Source of the DNA: Patescibacteria group bacterium
GTDB lineage: Bacteria > Patescibacteriota > Patescibacteriia > Patescibacteriales > GWC2-42-12
DNA: 64,000 nt
Assembly (NCBI GenBank): GCA_041662965.1
Contig: JBAZRI010000002.1
Coordinates: 46,062 to 110,061 of the forward strand
Direction: 5' to 3'
Shown here: piece by piece, positions 25,496 through 36,065 of the stretch
Layout: the number at the start of each line of letters is the position of its first letter
Position numbering within the stretch: position 1 is the first letter of the stretch
Translations under genes and position numbers: made by a program
The notes under the pieces: model-generated
Told to the model about the DNA's origin: nothing
Databases searched by the model: none
What the model saw: the letters and a program-made list of their open reading frames with translations, nothing else

Positions 25496-26419
25496 TCATT
25501 TCCTATGTCTTCCGTGAAACGCTTTATGCACGTCGCGCAACTGCTGATCGGTAATATGGGTATAAACTTGCGTGGTGGTAATGGAGGCATGGCCGAGCAT
25601 AGCCTGCACGCTCCTGATATCCGCGCCATTCATTAAAAGATCAGTAGCATAGCTATGGCGCATAGTATGCGGCGTCACTTCCTTGGTAATGCCGGCGATT
25701 TTTGAATATTTCTGCACTAAGCGCTGAACACTGCGAGGGGTCAGGCCATCTTGCGTATCACGACCAGAAGCCGCTTTATCATGGCTCGTAAATAAATAGG
25801 GGTTCGTATCTAATCGGGATTTTAAATATTCCTCAATCGCCCGCTTGGCATCATCGGATAAAAACACCACGCGTAATTTAGAACCTTTGCCGCGCACCGT
25901 AAACTCGTCTTTTTTTAAATTAATGTTCTCAATTTTTAATTTGCATAACTCGGAAACTCTAAGGCCGGTGGAAAAAAATAATTCCAGAATAGCCTTGTCG
26001 CGCTTTTTAATAATTTCCGGCGATTCAATCTTAAACGGCGCTTCTAAAATCCTCACTAAATCCGCGCCTTCTAAAAAATCAACTTGCCTTTGCTCCTGCT
26101 TGGCCAATTCCACTTTCTCCGGCTCCAGCGATTTTATGTCGTTTTTAACCAAATACTTTAAAAAACCGCGCAAAGCGATTAAATGATAATTTTGCGTATT
26201 TTTTTTCAATCCCTCGTTTTTAGCATTGTTCAGGCGATTTAGCCATAACCTGTATTTATGTACTAATTCTTTGCTAATTTTAACGGCATTAACCACGCCA
26301 GATTCTTTAGCAAAACCGGCAAATCTTTTCAAATAAAACGCATAATTACTAACCGTGATGCGCGATAAGCCTTTTTCCACCTCTAAATATTCCAAAAAAT
26401 TATTTATTACCTTATCCAT
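25496..26419 (-). CDS. xerC: tyrosine site-specific recombinase XerC/XerD family
   Basis: C-terminal catalytic box [38 protein letters not shown]; RVSE...R upstream. Confidence 0.85.
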   Translation of the reverse strand: MDKVINNFLEYLEVEKGLSRITVSNYAFYLKRFAGFAKESGVVNAVKISKELVHKYRLWLNRLNNAKNEGLKKNTQNYHLIALRGFLKYLVKNDIKSLEPEKVELAKQEQRQVDFLEGADLVRILEAPFKIESPEIIKKRDKAILELFFSTGLRVSELCKLKIENINLKKDEFTVRGKGSKLRVVFLSDDAKRAIEEYLKSRLDTNPYLFTSHDKAASGRDTQDGLTPRSVQRLVQKYSKIAGITKEVTPHTMRHSYATDLLMNGADIRSVQAMLGHASITTTQVYTHITDQQLRDVHKAFHGRHRK

Positions 26420-26552
26420 ATATTGTTATTTTACGACACCTTGCAATTTTTTACAATTTATGTTAGTCTTAGCTCATAATTTATTAAAAAATAACAGTAC
26501 CCAGTCTTGGTCAGGGTTTTGTCTCCCTGTCTCGGTCTGGGCCAAAGCCAAC

Positions 26553-26966
26553 ATGTTAGACAAAAAAGCCAAGCAAAAAATCATCAACAAGTTTAAGATC
26601 CATGACACCGATACCGGATCTTCGCAGGTGCAAATCGCCATTTTAACCGAAGAAATCAAGCAATTGACCGAACACTTGAAAAAGCACAAGCATGACCATT
26701 CTTCAAGACGCGGCCTTCTAAAAAAAGTCGGCGAGCGCAGGCGCCTGTTGAAATATCTGCAAAAAGAAGATAAAGAAGCTTTTGACGAACTGGCTAAGGC
26801 CTTAAAATTAAGAATCGCCAAAAAGATGATTGAAGACGAAGAAGTCAGGCAAAAAATTGAGGATGAAATTTTAGCCAAGCAAGAATTAAAAGCCGAGCAG
26901 GCCGAAGAAGCGGAAAATGAGCGAGCCGAAGCCGAAGACCATAAAAATAAAGAAGACGAAGAATAA
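26553..26966 (+). CDS. rpsO: 30S ribosomal protein S15 with ~50-aa acidic C-terminal extension
   Basis: Start at ATG 26553; [59 protein letters not shown]; tail E/K/A-rich. Confidence 0.85.
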   Translation: MLDKKAKQKIINKFKIHDTDTGSSQVQIAILTEEIKQLTEHLKKHKHDHSSRRGLLKKVGERRRLLKYLQKEDKEAFDELAKALKLRIAKKMIEDEEVRQKIEDEILAKQELKAEQAEEAENERAEAEDHKNKEDEE

Positions 26967-26969
26967 AAA

Positions 26970-27078
26970 GCGCCGGATAAAAATTTTGGTTTTGAGCGCA
27001 TACGAAATTGTAGTATTTTTCTTGAAAAAAAATACCCAAATTTCGTCTAAGTGAAAAACCAAAATTTTTATCCGGCAA
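26970..27078. repeat. long-hairpin repeat family R-C, copy 3 (between rpsO and the NYN gene)
   Basis: cgccggataaaaattttggttttGAGCGCATACGAAATTGTAGTATTTTT...CCCAAATTTCGTCTAAGTGaaaaaccaaaatttttatccggca. Confidence 0.65.
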
Positions 27079-27090
27079 AAATAACTATTT

Positions 27091-27588
27091 ATGATAAAAC
27101 ACAAGGAGCAGAGAATCGGCGTTTTAGTTGATGTTTCCAACATGTACCATAGCGCTAAAAACCTCTATAAAAGAAGAACTAATTTTAAAGAAATTTTAAA
27201 GACAGCCATCGCCGGCAGAAAGTTGATTCGGGCTACAGCTTATGTTATAAAAACCGAAAACGAAGAAGGCAATGCTTTTTTTGAAGCTTTAAGCCAGCAA
27301 GGCTTTGAAGTTAAAATGAAAGATTTGCAGATTTTCGCCGGCGGCGCTAAAAAGGCCGATTGGGACGTTGGCATTACGGTTGACGCCATTAAACTGGCGG
27401 AAAAATTAGATGTTATAATTTTAGTCACCGGCGACGGCGACTACATACCGTTAGTAAATTTTTTGCAGAACACCAAAGGCTGTTTAGTGGAAATTATGGC
27501 TTTCCGCCAAACCACCTCAAGCAAATTAATTGAAGAAGCCGATGATTTTACAAATTTAAGCGAAGACAAAAGATACTTATTGAAATAA
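27091..27588 (+). CDS. NYN-domain (LabA/PIN-like) putative ribonuclease
   Basis: IGVLVDVSNMYHSAKNLY...DVIILVTGDGDYIPLVNFLQNTKGC, acidic residue pattern of NYN/PIN nucleases. Confidence 0.75.
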   Translation: MIKHKEQRIGVLVDVSNMYHSAKNLYKRRTNFKEILKTAIAGRKLIRATAYVIKTENEEGNAFFEALSQQGFEVKMKDLQIFAGGAKKADWDVGITVDAIKLAEKLDVIILVTGDGDYIPLVNFLQNTKGCLVEIMAFRQTTSSKLIEEADDFTNLSEDKRYLLK

Positions 27589-27670
27589 ATAATAATTAAC
27601 GCTTGACCTGCGAACAGATAGTACTGTGGCTTAACCATAGTTCTGTAGTTTGTCGGCCAAGCACAAAAGT

Positions 27671-29929
27671 ATGAACGAACAAACATTCAGTTGCGACTGG
27701 CTTGGCCGCACTCTCACTATTAAAACTGGCAAATTGGCCAGACAAGCTGACGCCGCCGTGACCGTGCAATACGGCGATACGTCTGTTTTAGCGACCGTTG
27801 TGGAGGCTAAAACCGAACGGGAAGGCATTGATTTTTTCCCGCTGATGGTTGAATTTGAAGAAAAACTCTACGCCGCCGGCATTATTAAAGGCTCGCGCTG
27901 GATTAAGCGCGAAGGCCGTCCGTCCGACGAAGCGGTTTTAACCGGGCGCATGATTGACCGCTCTATCAGGCCGCTCTTCGGCGCTGATTCAAAAAAAGAC
28001 GTGCAGGTGATGATTACGGTTTTATCCGCCGACGGGAAAAACGATTATGACATCGTTTCCTTAGTCGCGGCTTCAGCCGCTTTGTCCATCGCCGGCTTAA
28101 ACTGGCACGGGCCGATCGCCGGGGTTAGAGTCGGGCGAGTTGAAGGCCAATATATTTTTAACCCGACTTACGAGGAAAGAATAATCAGCGATATGGATCT
28201 AATCGTGGCCGGCACCGGCGCCAAAGTCATTATGATTGAAGCCGAGGGCAAAGAAATAACAGAAAGCGATATGATAGAGGCGATTAATGTCGGGCAAAAA
28301 AATCTGCAAGCTGCCATTGATTTAATAAAGGAAGTGAAAAAAAATGTCGCGGTAACGAAAAAACCGGCCGCTAAAAAATTAGTCGGCTCGGACGAAATCG
28401 CCGCGGCCGAAGAAATGGAAAAAATCTTTGCTACCGCTAAAGCTTGGCTTGATGAAAATATCGCTAAAATTTTATTTGATAAAACTCATTATACCAAAGG
28501 CGAAAGAAAATCGGCCGTAGCCGCGATTAAAGAAGGCTTGGACCAATATTTATTTGATCAAAATATCAGTAAAGACAAGCGCGCGGCCGCCATCGGCCAT
28601 TTAGTTGACGAGATGGTTGAGACTGAAGTCACCCGCGCGATCCTTAAAGACAAAAAAAGAGTTGACGGCCGGAAACTTGACGAAATCAGAAATTTATCCG
28701 CCGAAGTCAGCGTATTGCCGCGCATCCACGGCTCCGGCTTATTCAACCGCGGCGAAACCCAAGTTTTATCCATCGTTACTTTAGGCGCTCCCGGCATGGA
28801 ACAATCTCTAGAAGGCCTGGAAGGCGTTGGCACTAAACGCTATATGCATCATTATAACTTCGCCCCATTCTCGGTCGGCGAAGCCAGGCCGATAAGATCA
28901 ACCGGACGAAGAGAAATCGGGCATGGCGCTTTAGCGGAAAAAGCTTTAGTGCCGGTTTTGCCGACCAAAGAAGAATTCCCTTATACTATCCGCGTAGTCT
29001 CGGAAACTTTGGGCTCAAACGGCTCGTCTTCTATGGCCGCGACCTGCGGTTCAAGTTTGGCTTTAATGGACGCGGGCGTGCCGATTAAAAAAACCGTGGC
29101 CGGTATTGCCATGGGACTAGCCTCTAACGAAGATATGAGCCAATGGGAAATTTTAACCGATATCCAGGACTTAGAAGACGGCGCCGGCGGTATGGACTTT
29201 AAAATCACCGGCACGGCCGACGGCATAACCGCTATTCAATTAGACACAAAAACCAACGGCTTAACCGAAGAAATGATTACCAAAACCATTACCCAATCAA
29301 AAAAAGCCAGACTGGAAGTTCTCTCGGCCATGAATAAAGCCATTGATAAGCCAAGGGCTGATTTATCGCCTTACGCTCCGCGCATTACCAGTTTTCATAT
29401 TGAACCGGATCGCATCAGGGAAGTTATCGGCACCGGCGGCAAAGTCATTAACGAAATCATTGCCGCGACCGGCGTTTCGATTGATATAGACGATGACGGA
29501 TTGGTTATGGTCTGCGGCACTGACGCGGCCAAAGTAATTGAAGCCGTAGACTGGATTAAAAATATCGTGCGCGACTTTGAGCCGGGCGAAATTTTTAAAG
29601 GCAAAGTCGTCCGCTTAATGGATTTCGGCGCTTTTATTTCATTAACTCCGAGCAAAGACGGCATGGCGCACGTTTCCGAACTTGCTCCGTACCGAGTCGG
29701 CCGACCGGCTGATTTCATAAACATCGGCGACGAGGTAACGGTTAAAATTATTGAAATAGACGACATGGGTCGAATCAATCTAAGCTTAAAAGACCTGCCG
29801 GAAAACGAGCATCTTTGGAAAGACGGCAAAGGCAAACAAGAAATGGGAGCTTTCGGCAATGGCGGGCGTCCATCCTTCGGCGGCGGTGATCGCGGGAGCA
29901 GAGGCGGCAGAAACAGAGACAGATATTAA
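27671..29929 (+). CDS. pnp: polynucleotide phosphorylase with Gly/Arg-rich C-terminal tail
   Basis: Two RNase PH domains, KH (GKVINEIIAATG) and S1 (GEIFKGKVVRLMDFGAFISL). ATG at 27671 preferred over the upstream TTG at 27650. Confidence 0.9.
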   Translation: MNEQTFSCDWLGRTLTIKTGKLARQADAAVTVQYGDTSVLATVVEAKTEREGIDFFPLMVEFEEKLYAAGIIKGSRWIKREGRPSDEAVLTGRMIDRSIRPLFGADSKKDVQVMITVLSADGKNDYDIVSLVAASAALSIAGLNWHGPIAGVRVGRVEGQYIFNPTYEERIISDMDLIVAGTGAKVIMIEAEGKEITESDMIEAINVGQKNLQAAIDLIKEVKKNVAVTKKPAAKKLVGSDEIAAAEEMEKIFATAKAWLDENIAKILFDKTHYTKGERKSAVAAIKEGLDQYLFDQNISKDKRAAAIGHLVDEMVETEVTRAILKDKKRVDGRKLDEIRNLSAEVSVLPRIHGSGLFNRGETQVLSIVTLGAPGMEQSLEGLEGVGTKRYMHHYNFAPFSVGEARPIRSTGRREIGHGALAEKALVPVLPTKEEFPYTIRVVSETLGSNGSSSMAATCGSSLALMDAGVPIKKTVAGIAMGLASNEDMSQWEILTDIQDLEDGAGGMDFKITGTADGITAIQLDTKTNGLTEEMITKTITQSKKARLEVLSAMNKAIDKPRADLSPYAPRITSFHIEPDRIREVIGTGGKVINEIIAATGVSIDIDDDGLVMVCGTDAAKVIEAVDWIKNIVRDFEPGEIFKGKVVRLMDFGAFISLTPSKDGMAHVSELAPYRVGRPADFINIGDEVTVKIIEIDDMGRINLSLKDLPENEHLWKDGKGKQEMGAFGNGGRPSFGGGDRGSRGGRNRDRY

Positions 29930-29941
29930 TTTGCCGCCCCA

Positions 29942-30022
29942 TACCGTCATTCCTGCGTAGGCAGGAATCCAGAAGTATTTGTCATTGCGAGCGAGCCCGT
30001 ACTCGGGCGACGAAGCAATCTC
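29942..30022 (+). repeat. tandem TGTCATTCC-hairpin-GGAATCCAGAAGTATT unit plus TGTCATTGCGAG...CGACGAAGCAATCTC unit
   Basis: gtcattcctgcgtaggcaggaatccagaagtattTGTCATTGCGAGcgagcccgtactcgggCGACGAAGCAATCTC. Confidence 0.6.
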
Positions 30023-30041
30023 TAAATTCCTTCACATAAAA

Positions 30042-30070
30042 AACACTCCTTTAAAAAGGGGTGTTTTTGT
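30042..30070 (+). terminator. rho-independent terminator after pnp
   Basis: aacactcctt-taaa-aaggggtgtt + ttttg. Confidence 0.6.
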
Positions 30071-30079
30071 TTGCTGTCT

Positions 30080-30108
30080 TTGCCACAATAGACTAGACAT
30101 ACTATAAT
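30080..30108 (+). promoter_or_regulatory. sigma-70-like promoter (-35 TTGCCA, 17-bp spacer, -10 TATAAT) for the GalT-like gene
   Basis: ttgcca-caatagactagacatac-tataat, 27 bp upstream of ATG 30135. Confidence 0.45.
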
Positions 30109-30134
30109 AGAATTATAATTATAAGCGATAAAAT

Positions 30135-31049
30135 ATGTTAAAATCCGAAATACGCAAAGACTATTTATTAGATAAATATGTCATCATTACGCCCGGCCGC
30201 GCCAAGCGCCCGCGCGATATTAGGGAGCAGACCATTATTTCCCGCGTTTCCGATTGCCCGTTTTGCCCGGAAAAAATAGACAAAAAAAATATTGTTGATG
30301 AAATTAACGGCCCGGAAGGCAGAATATTAAGCGTCAAAAATATCTTTCCGGCCGTGACGCTGGACAATAAAAAAGCTTACGGAGCGCAAGAAGTAGTGAT
30401 TGAAACCCCTGATCATGAAAAAGAACTCCATGATTTAAGCGAGGCGCAGATTGAGCAGCTTTTAAGAATGTACGCTAAGCGCACCGCGGCTTTATGCAAT
30501 ATAAAAAACATTGAATATGTTTTATGCTTTAAAAACCAAGGCTCAAAAGCCGGCGCTTCCATCGTGCACGCCCATTCCCAGATTTTCGCCACCGATATCA
30601 TGCCCTCGGAAATTAAAGAAGAATTAAAATTATCTCATGAATACCAGCTCAACCATAAAACCTGCCCTTACTGCGACGTTATAAAAAAGGAAATGAAATC
30701 GCCCAGAAAAATTTACGAAGATAAATATATCGCCGCCTTCGCGCCTTACGCCAGCCAATACCATTATGAAAGCTGGATTTTCACCAAGCGCCATTTAGAC
30801 AACATAACCAAACTGAATGACGGCGAATTTAAATCATTCGCCAAATCATTAAAAAAAATCTTGATAAAATTAAGCGAACTAGATTTATCTTTTAATTATT
30901 TCCTGCATCAGTCTGTTTCCGAAAAAGAACAGCATTTTTATTTAAAAATCCAGCCGCGCGACAGCGTCTGGGCCGGCATTGAGCTTGGCTCCGGGCTTAT
31001 AATAAACTCCGTAGAACCCGAAGAAGCGGCTGAATTTTTCAGGAAATAA
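30135..31049 (+). CDS. GalT-family (HIT superfamily branch III) nucleotidyltransferase: galactose-1-phosphate uridylyltransferase or ADP-glucose phosphorylase-like
   Basis: CPFCPEK zinc knuckle; HAHSQIF (HxHxQ) active-site motif. Confidence 0.65.
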   Translation: MLKSEIRKDYLLDKYVIITPGRAKRPRDIREQTIISRVSDCPFCPEKIDKKNIVDEINGPEGRILSVKNIFPAVTLDNKKAYGAQEVVIETPDHEKELHDLSEAQIEQLLRMYAKRTAALCNIKNIEYVLCFKNQGSKAGASIVHAHSQIFATDIMPSEIKEELKLSHEYQLNHKTCPYCDVIKKEMKSPRKIYEDKYIAAFAPYASQYHYESWIFTKRHLDNITKLNDGEFKSFAKSLKKILIKLSELDLSFNYFLHQSVSEKEQHFYLKIQPRDSVWAGIELGSGLIINSVEPEEAAEFFRK

Positions 31050-31218
31050 GTTTATCCCTTCGCCTATTTATAGGCGTGCGGGGGGCATAGCTTGTTTAAA
31101 ACCTGTGCATTATATTATCCATGCCGGCTTAAGTAATTTTTTCAGATTAATTTAATACTCTAAAATTAGCCAAAAATATTATAAAATTTAATAATATTAA
31201 ATAAAAAGGCCTTAGCCC

Positions 31219-31247
31219 TTGACATTTATAAAGATTTTCTTTAATAT
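31219..31247 (+). promoter_or_regulatory. candidate rRNA promoter (-35 TTGACA, 17-bp spacer, -10 TAATAT)
   Basis: ttgaca-tttataaagattttctt-taatat, ~450 nt upstream of 16S. Confidence 0.4.
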
Positions 31248-31699
31248 TACAATACAATATAAATTTATTCATAAATGAAAAATTAACTGAATAAATAACA
31301 GGCACAACTTGAAAACACATGAAGAAAAAAACAGTGATAGTTGCTTGGGCAAATATCCCTGTTTTTTTCTTTCGCTAAAAGCAAAAGACGCAACTTAACA
31401 ATTAAATCTACTCTGTGGAACAATTTCGATCAGAGGTTTCGAAATTGCGATAAGCAGCATTAATATTTCCACAAGAGTAAGGCTCTGAAAATTCGCCCCC
31501 CGGCGAATAGATAAAGAGCAAATTTCAATACTAACAGGCGCTAATTCTAACTTTTCTCCGGTTTTTTATTAAACCGGGGAAGAATAAATCTGGAGATTAA
31601 TTTCTTCAAATATTTCAATATTTATCTTCGTAAGAAATATATATTGAACATGGCTAAATCCATGTAAAAAAAGTTAAGCAGGAGCAACCTGAATAAAAA

Positions 31700-33190
<1,491 letters not shown>

Positions 33191-33440
33191 AGGGAGATTT
33201 TTTGGTGAACAATCAAAAGAGTCGAAGAGTTAGCGCCTGTTAGTGTTGAAAATCACGTAGCTCATAACTCGTAACTCACAACTCAAATAATTTATTAATT
33301 GAGTTACGGGTTATGGGTTACGAGTTGCGAGAAAATAAACAAATAGTTTTATGGGCCTATTTGTCCCCCTTCGCTTAAGCTACGGAGGATAAATCATAAA
33401 AAGACTGGTCCTAAACTATTTAGAAGCAGTTTTTTTATTG

Positions 33441-33514
33441 GGGCAACTAGCTCAGTTGGTTAGAGCGCGACACTGATAATGTCGAGGTCGGAGGTTCAAC
33501 TCCTCCGTTGCCCA
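33441..33514 (+). tRNA. tRNA-Ile(GAT)
   Basis: GGGCAACTAGCTCAGTTGGTTAGAGCGCGACACTGATAATGTCGAGGTCGGAGGTTCAACTCCTCCGTTGCCCA. Confidence 0.85.
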
Positions 33515-33555
33515 CCCTCCTTCGCTGAAGCTACGGAGGACAAGCCATTAGAGGA

Positions 33556-33798
33556 TTGTCTATGTATTATATTTATATTTTATTTTGCTCAGACGAAACC
33601 TATTATGTTGGATTAACTGAGAATATTAAAAAAAGAATAATACAACATAAAAACAGTTTAGTTGATTATACAAAATATAGATTACTAATTAAAGTTATTT
33701 GGATTGGAATATTTAAAAATAAAAAGATTGCCGCAAACTTTGAAAAATATCTAAAAACCGGATCTGGTAATGCATTCTTTAAAAAAAGATTAGTTTAA
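33556..33798 (+). CDS. small GIY-YIG nuclease-family protein (YhbQ/UPF0213-like)
   Basis: YYIYILFCSDETYYVGLTENIKKRIIQH (GIY..YIG..R..H); extremely AT-rich codons; inserted between tRNA-Ile and a tRNA cluster. Confidence 0.6.
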   Translation: MSMYYIYILFCSDETYYVGLTENIKKRIIQHKNSLVDYTKYRLLIKVIWIGIFKNKKIAANFEKYLKTGSGNAFFKKRLV

Positions 33799-33836
33799 TT
33801 CGCTAAGCTTGCGATACGAAGCTTTAGCGTAGTATC

Positions 33837-33907
33837 GCGGGGTAGAGCAGTTGGCAGCTCGCCAGGCCCATAACCTGGAGGTCGTGGGTTCAAATCCCAC
33901 CCCCGCA
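33837..33907 (+). tRNA. tRNA-Met(CAT) (elongator or Ile2 type; not initiator-like)
   Basis: GCGGGGTAGAGCAGTTGGCAGCTCGCCAGGCCCATAACCTGGAGGTCGTGGGTTCAAATCCCACCCCCGCA. Confidence 0.75.
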
Positions 33908-33925
33908 ACATAGAAAGTTAATTGA

Positions 33926-33997
33926 GCCTCGGTAGCTCAGTGGTAGAGCAAATGACTGAAAATCATTGTGTCGTCAGTTCGATTCTGACCCGGGGCA
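33926..33997 (+). tRNA. tRNA-Phe(GAA)
   Basis: GCCTCGGTAGCTCAGTGGTAGAGCAAATGACTGAAAATCATTGTGTCGTCAGTTCGATTCTGACCCGGGGCA. Confidence 0.85.
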
Positions 33998-34016
33998 CTA
34001 GAAACAATAATTGAAC

Positions 34017-34088
34017 TCGGGCTGTCGTATACCGGTAGTACGCATGCTTTGGGAGCATGTCGACTGGGTTCAATTCCCAGCAGCCCGA
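34017..34088 (+). tRNA. tRNA-Pro(TGG)
   Basis: CGGGCTGTCGTATACCGGTAGTACGCATGCTTTGGGAGCATGTCGACTGGGTTCAATTCCCAGCAGCCCGA. Confidence 0.75.
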
Positions 34089-34172
34089 CCCTCTTTCGCT
34101 AAAGCTTCAGAGGGCAAGCCGCAACAATAAGCGGGCTTGCCCGCCGTAGCTTTTGCGGTAGCAAAAGCGTAG

Positions 34173-34247
34173 GCGGGTATCGTATAGTGGCTTTTATGCT
34201 AGCCTTCCAAGCTGGAGAGACGGGTTCGATTCCCGTTACCCGCTCCA
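34173..34247 (+). tRNA. tRNA-Gly(TCC), CCA encoded
   Basis: GCGGGTATCGTATAGTGGC...GCTAGCCTTCCAAGCTGGAG...GGGTTCGATTCCCGTTACCCGCTCCA. Confidence 0.75.
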
Positions 34248-34345
34248 AACTTATCCGCCTCGGGTGGATTGACAAAAAACCATTACTGGGCTAATATCCA
34301 TCAATAACCGTCATTGTTATAAATTAATTAATAAGCAACAAAAAC

Positions 34346-34723
34346 ATGTTAACTATCAGACTATCAAGAGTAGGCAAAAAGAATATGCCGCTATACCGCG
34401 TCATCATCTCGGAGAAGCAAAAAGATCTTTATGGCAGCTCTTTAGAAATTTTAGGCTCTTACAATCCACACACCAAAGAGCTAAAAATTGACGCCGAAAA
34501 AACCAAACATTGGATTTCTAAAGGCGCCGGCATGTCAAACACTGTCAACAATTTATTAATTGAGAAAAAAATTATTGAAGGCAAAAAGGTAAAAGCTTCA
34601 AAAGATCGAAAGCCTAAAAAAGCCCCGGCTCCGGCTAAAACTGCCGCCGAACCGGCTATGGAAGAAGCTGCTCCAACCCCAGCCCCAGCCGAAGAGCCAA
34701 AAACCGAACAACCTGCCGCCTAA
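34346..34723 (+). CDS. rpsP: 30S ribosomal protein S16 with Ala/Pro/Lys-rich C-terminal extension
   Basis: MLTIRLSRVGKKNMPLYRVIISEKQKD...; ~45-aa low-complexity tail. Confidence 0.85.
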   Translation: MLTIRLSRVGKKNMPLYRVIISEKQKDLYGSSLEILGSYNPHTKELKIDAEKTKHWISKGAGMSNTVNNLLIEKKIIEGKKVKASKDRKPKKAPAPAKTAAEPAMEEAAPTPAPAEEPKTEQPAA

Positions 34724-34881
34724 AACTGGCTTTGCCCGGCATATTGACAAATATTTAATTTATGTTATAATAACATAATCCCAATAAATTTGGGTCTAAT
34801 TATTAAGAGATCTTTCAATTCTGACTGAAAATATTTACAGGGGCTAACCCTTAAAGTCAGCTTTGCAAGAAAAAGAAAACT

Positions 34882-35211
34882 ATGGCTGCTCAACCAACCG
34901 ATAAAGAATTCTTGGAGTTCATCGCCAAGTCAGTTGTCTCTAACCCTGATGCAATATCAGTGGAAAGAACAGTAGACGAAATGGGAGTTTTGTTAACGCT
35001 TAAAACCGATCCGGCCGACATGGGCTACATTATTGGCCGAAAAGGTCAGACCGCTCAAGCCATCCGAACTTTATTAAAGATCGTTGGCGCTAAAAACAAT
35101 GCTCGCGTTAATTTAAAAATCTATGAACCGGAAGGTTCAAGACGACCGGCCAGAACTGAAAATGAAAGCGCCGGCATTGACACTTCATCTGTTGATGATT
35201 TAAAAATCTAA
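34882..35211 (+). CDS. KH-domain RNA-binding protein (KhpA/YlqC-like)
   Basis: MGYIIGRKGQTAQAIRTLL (GxxG KH loop); canonical position between rpsP and trmD. Confidence 0.7.
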   Translation: MAAQPTDKEFLEFIAKSVVSNPDAISVERTVDEMGVLLTLKTDPADMGYIIGRKGQTAQAIRTLLKIVGAKNNARVNLKIYEPEGSRRPARTENESAGIDTSSVDDLKI

Positions 35212-35237
35212 CATCAAACTTAGATATATAAGCAAAA

Positions 35238-35262
35238 AACCACACACCGTTGTGGTTTTTTG
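35238..35262 (+). terminator. rho-independent terminator
   Basis: accaca-caccgt-tgtggt + tttttt. Confidence 0.55.
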
Positions 35263-35277
35263 TTATAATAAAAGTAT

Positions 35278-35327
35278 TGTCATTGCGAGAAGCCTGTAAT
35301 CAGGCGACGAAGCAATCTCACGAATTA
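35278..35327 (+). repeat. TGTCATTGCGAG...CGACGAAGCAATCTCACGAAT unit
   Basis: tgtcattgcgagaagcctgtaatcaggcgacgaagcaatctcacgaatt. Confidence 0.6.
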
Positions 35328-35357
35328 TTATAATAATCTAAAGATAGCTACACATCT

Positions 35358-36065
35358 ATGACTTTCCACATCATCACCATCTTCCCCCATATCTTTAACT
35401 CTTATTTCAACGAGAGCATTCTTAAGCGCGCACAAACCAATAAATTGATAAACATAAAAATCCATAACTTGCGCGATTGGACGACTGATAAGCATAAAAC
35501 CGTAGACGATACGCCGTTCGGCGGCGGCGCCGGCATGGTTATGAAAATTGAACCGCTATATAAGGCAGTAGAAAGTATAAAGTATCAAGTAGCTAAGAAT
35601 AATAAAAAATTCCTTAATACTAAATACTTGATACATGATACTAGGACCATTTTGTTTTCCGCCAAAGGTAAAACTTGGAATCAGAAATTAGCTAAATCGC
35701 ACGCCAAATTAGATAATATCATTCTCATCTGCGGCCGCTACGAAGGCGTTGACGAAAGAATCACTAAATTTATTGATGAAGAAATTTCCATCGGCGACTA
35801 TGTTTTAACCGGTGGCGAAATTGGCGCTATGGCCATAGTGGATTCTATTACTCGCCTACTGCCTGGCGCCTTAGGCAACGCGGACAGCACTAAATTTGAA
35901 TCGCACACTATTCCCGGCATCCTAGAACACCCGCAATACACTCGGCCGGAAATTTTCATCGCTAACGGCAAAAAATTTCGCGTACCAAAAGTCCTCCTCT
36001 CCGGCAACCATAAAAAAATAGCCGACTGGCGCGCCAAAAAATCCAAACATATTCGCCCCCTTTAA
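35358..36065 (+). CDS. trmD: tRNA (guanine37-N1)-methyltransferase
   Basis: HIITIFPHIF; DDTPFGGGAGMVM; ILICGRYEGVDERI; GDYVLTGGEIGAMAIVDSITRLLPG (SPOUT knot). Confidence 0.9.
   Translation: MTFHIITIFPHIFNSYFNESILKRAQTNKLINIKIHNLRDWTTDKHKTVDDTPFGGGAGMVMKIEPLYKAVESIKYQVAKNNKKFLNTKYLIHDTRTILFSAKGKTWNQKLAKSHAKLDNIILICGRYEGVDERITKFIDEEISIGDYVLTGGEIGAMAIVDSITRLLPGALGNADSTKFESHTIPGILEHPQYTRPEIFIANGKKFRVPKVLLSGNHKKIADWRAKKSKHIRPL

Noticed and set aside
24900-25500. Possible dif site for XerC near gctgattatcagc and aacaataattgataattattattgtt palindromes
   Set aside because: Neither palindrome matches the 11-6-11 dif architecture (XerD arm ...TTATGTTAAAT) well enough to call. Left as unannotated palindromes.
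33191-34345. Expectation of tRNA-Ala plus 23S rRNA after tRNA-Ile
   Set aside because: No 23S-like sequence (for example GGATGCCTTGGC) occurs anywhere in the window. The region instead holds a GIY-YIG ORF and four other tRNAs.
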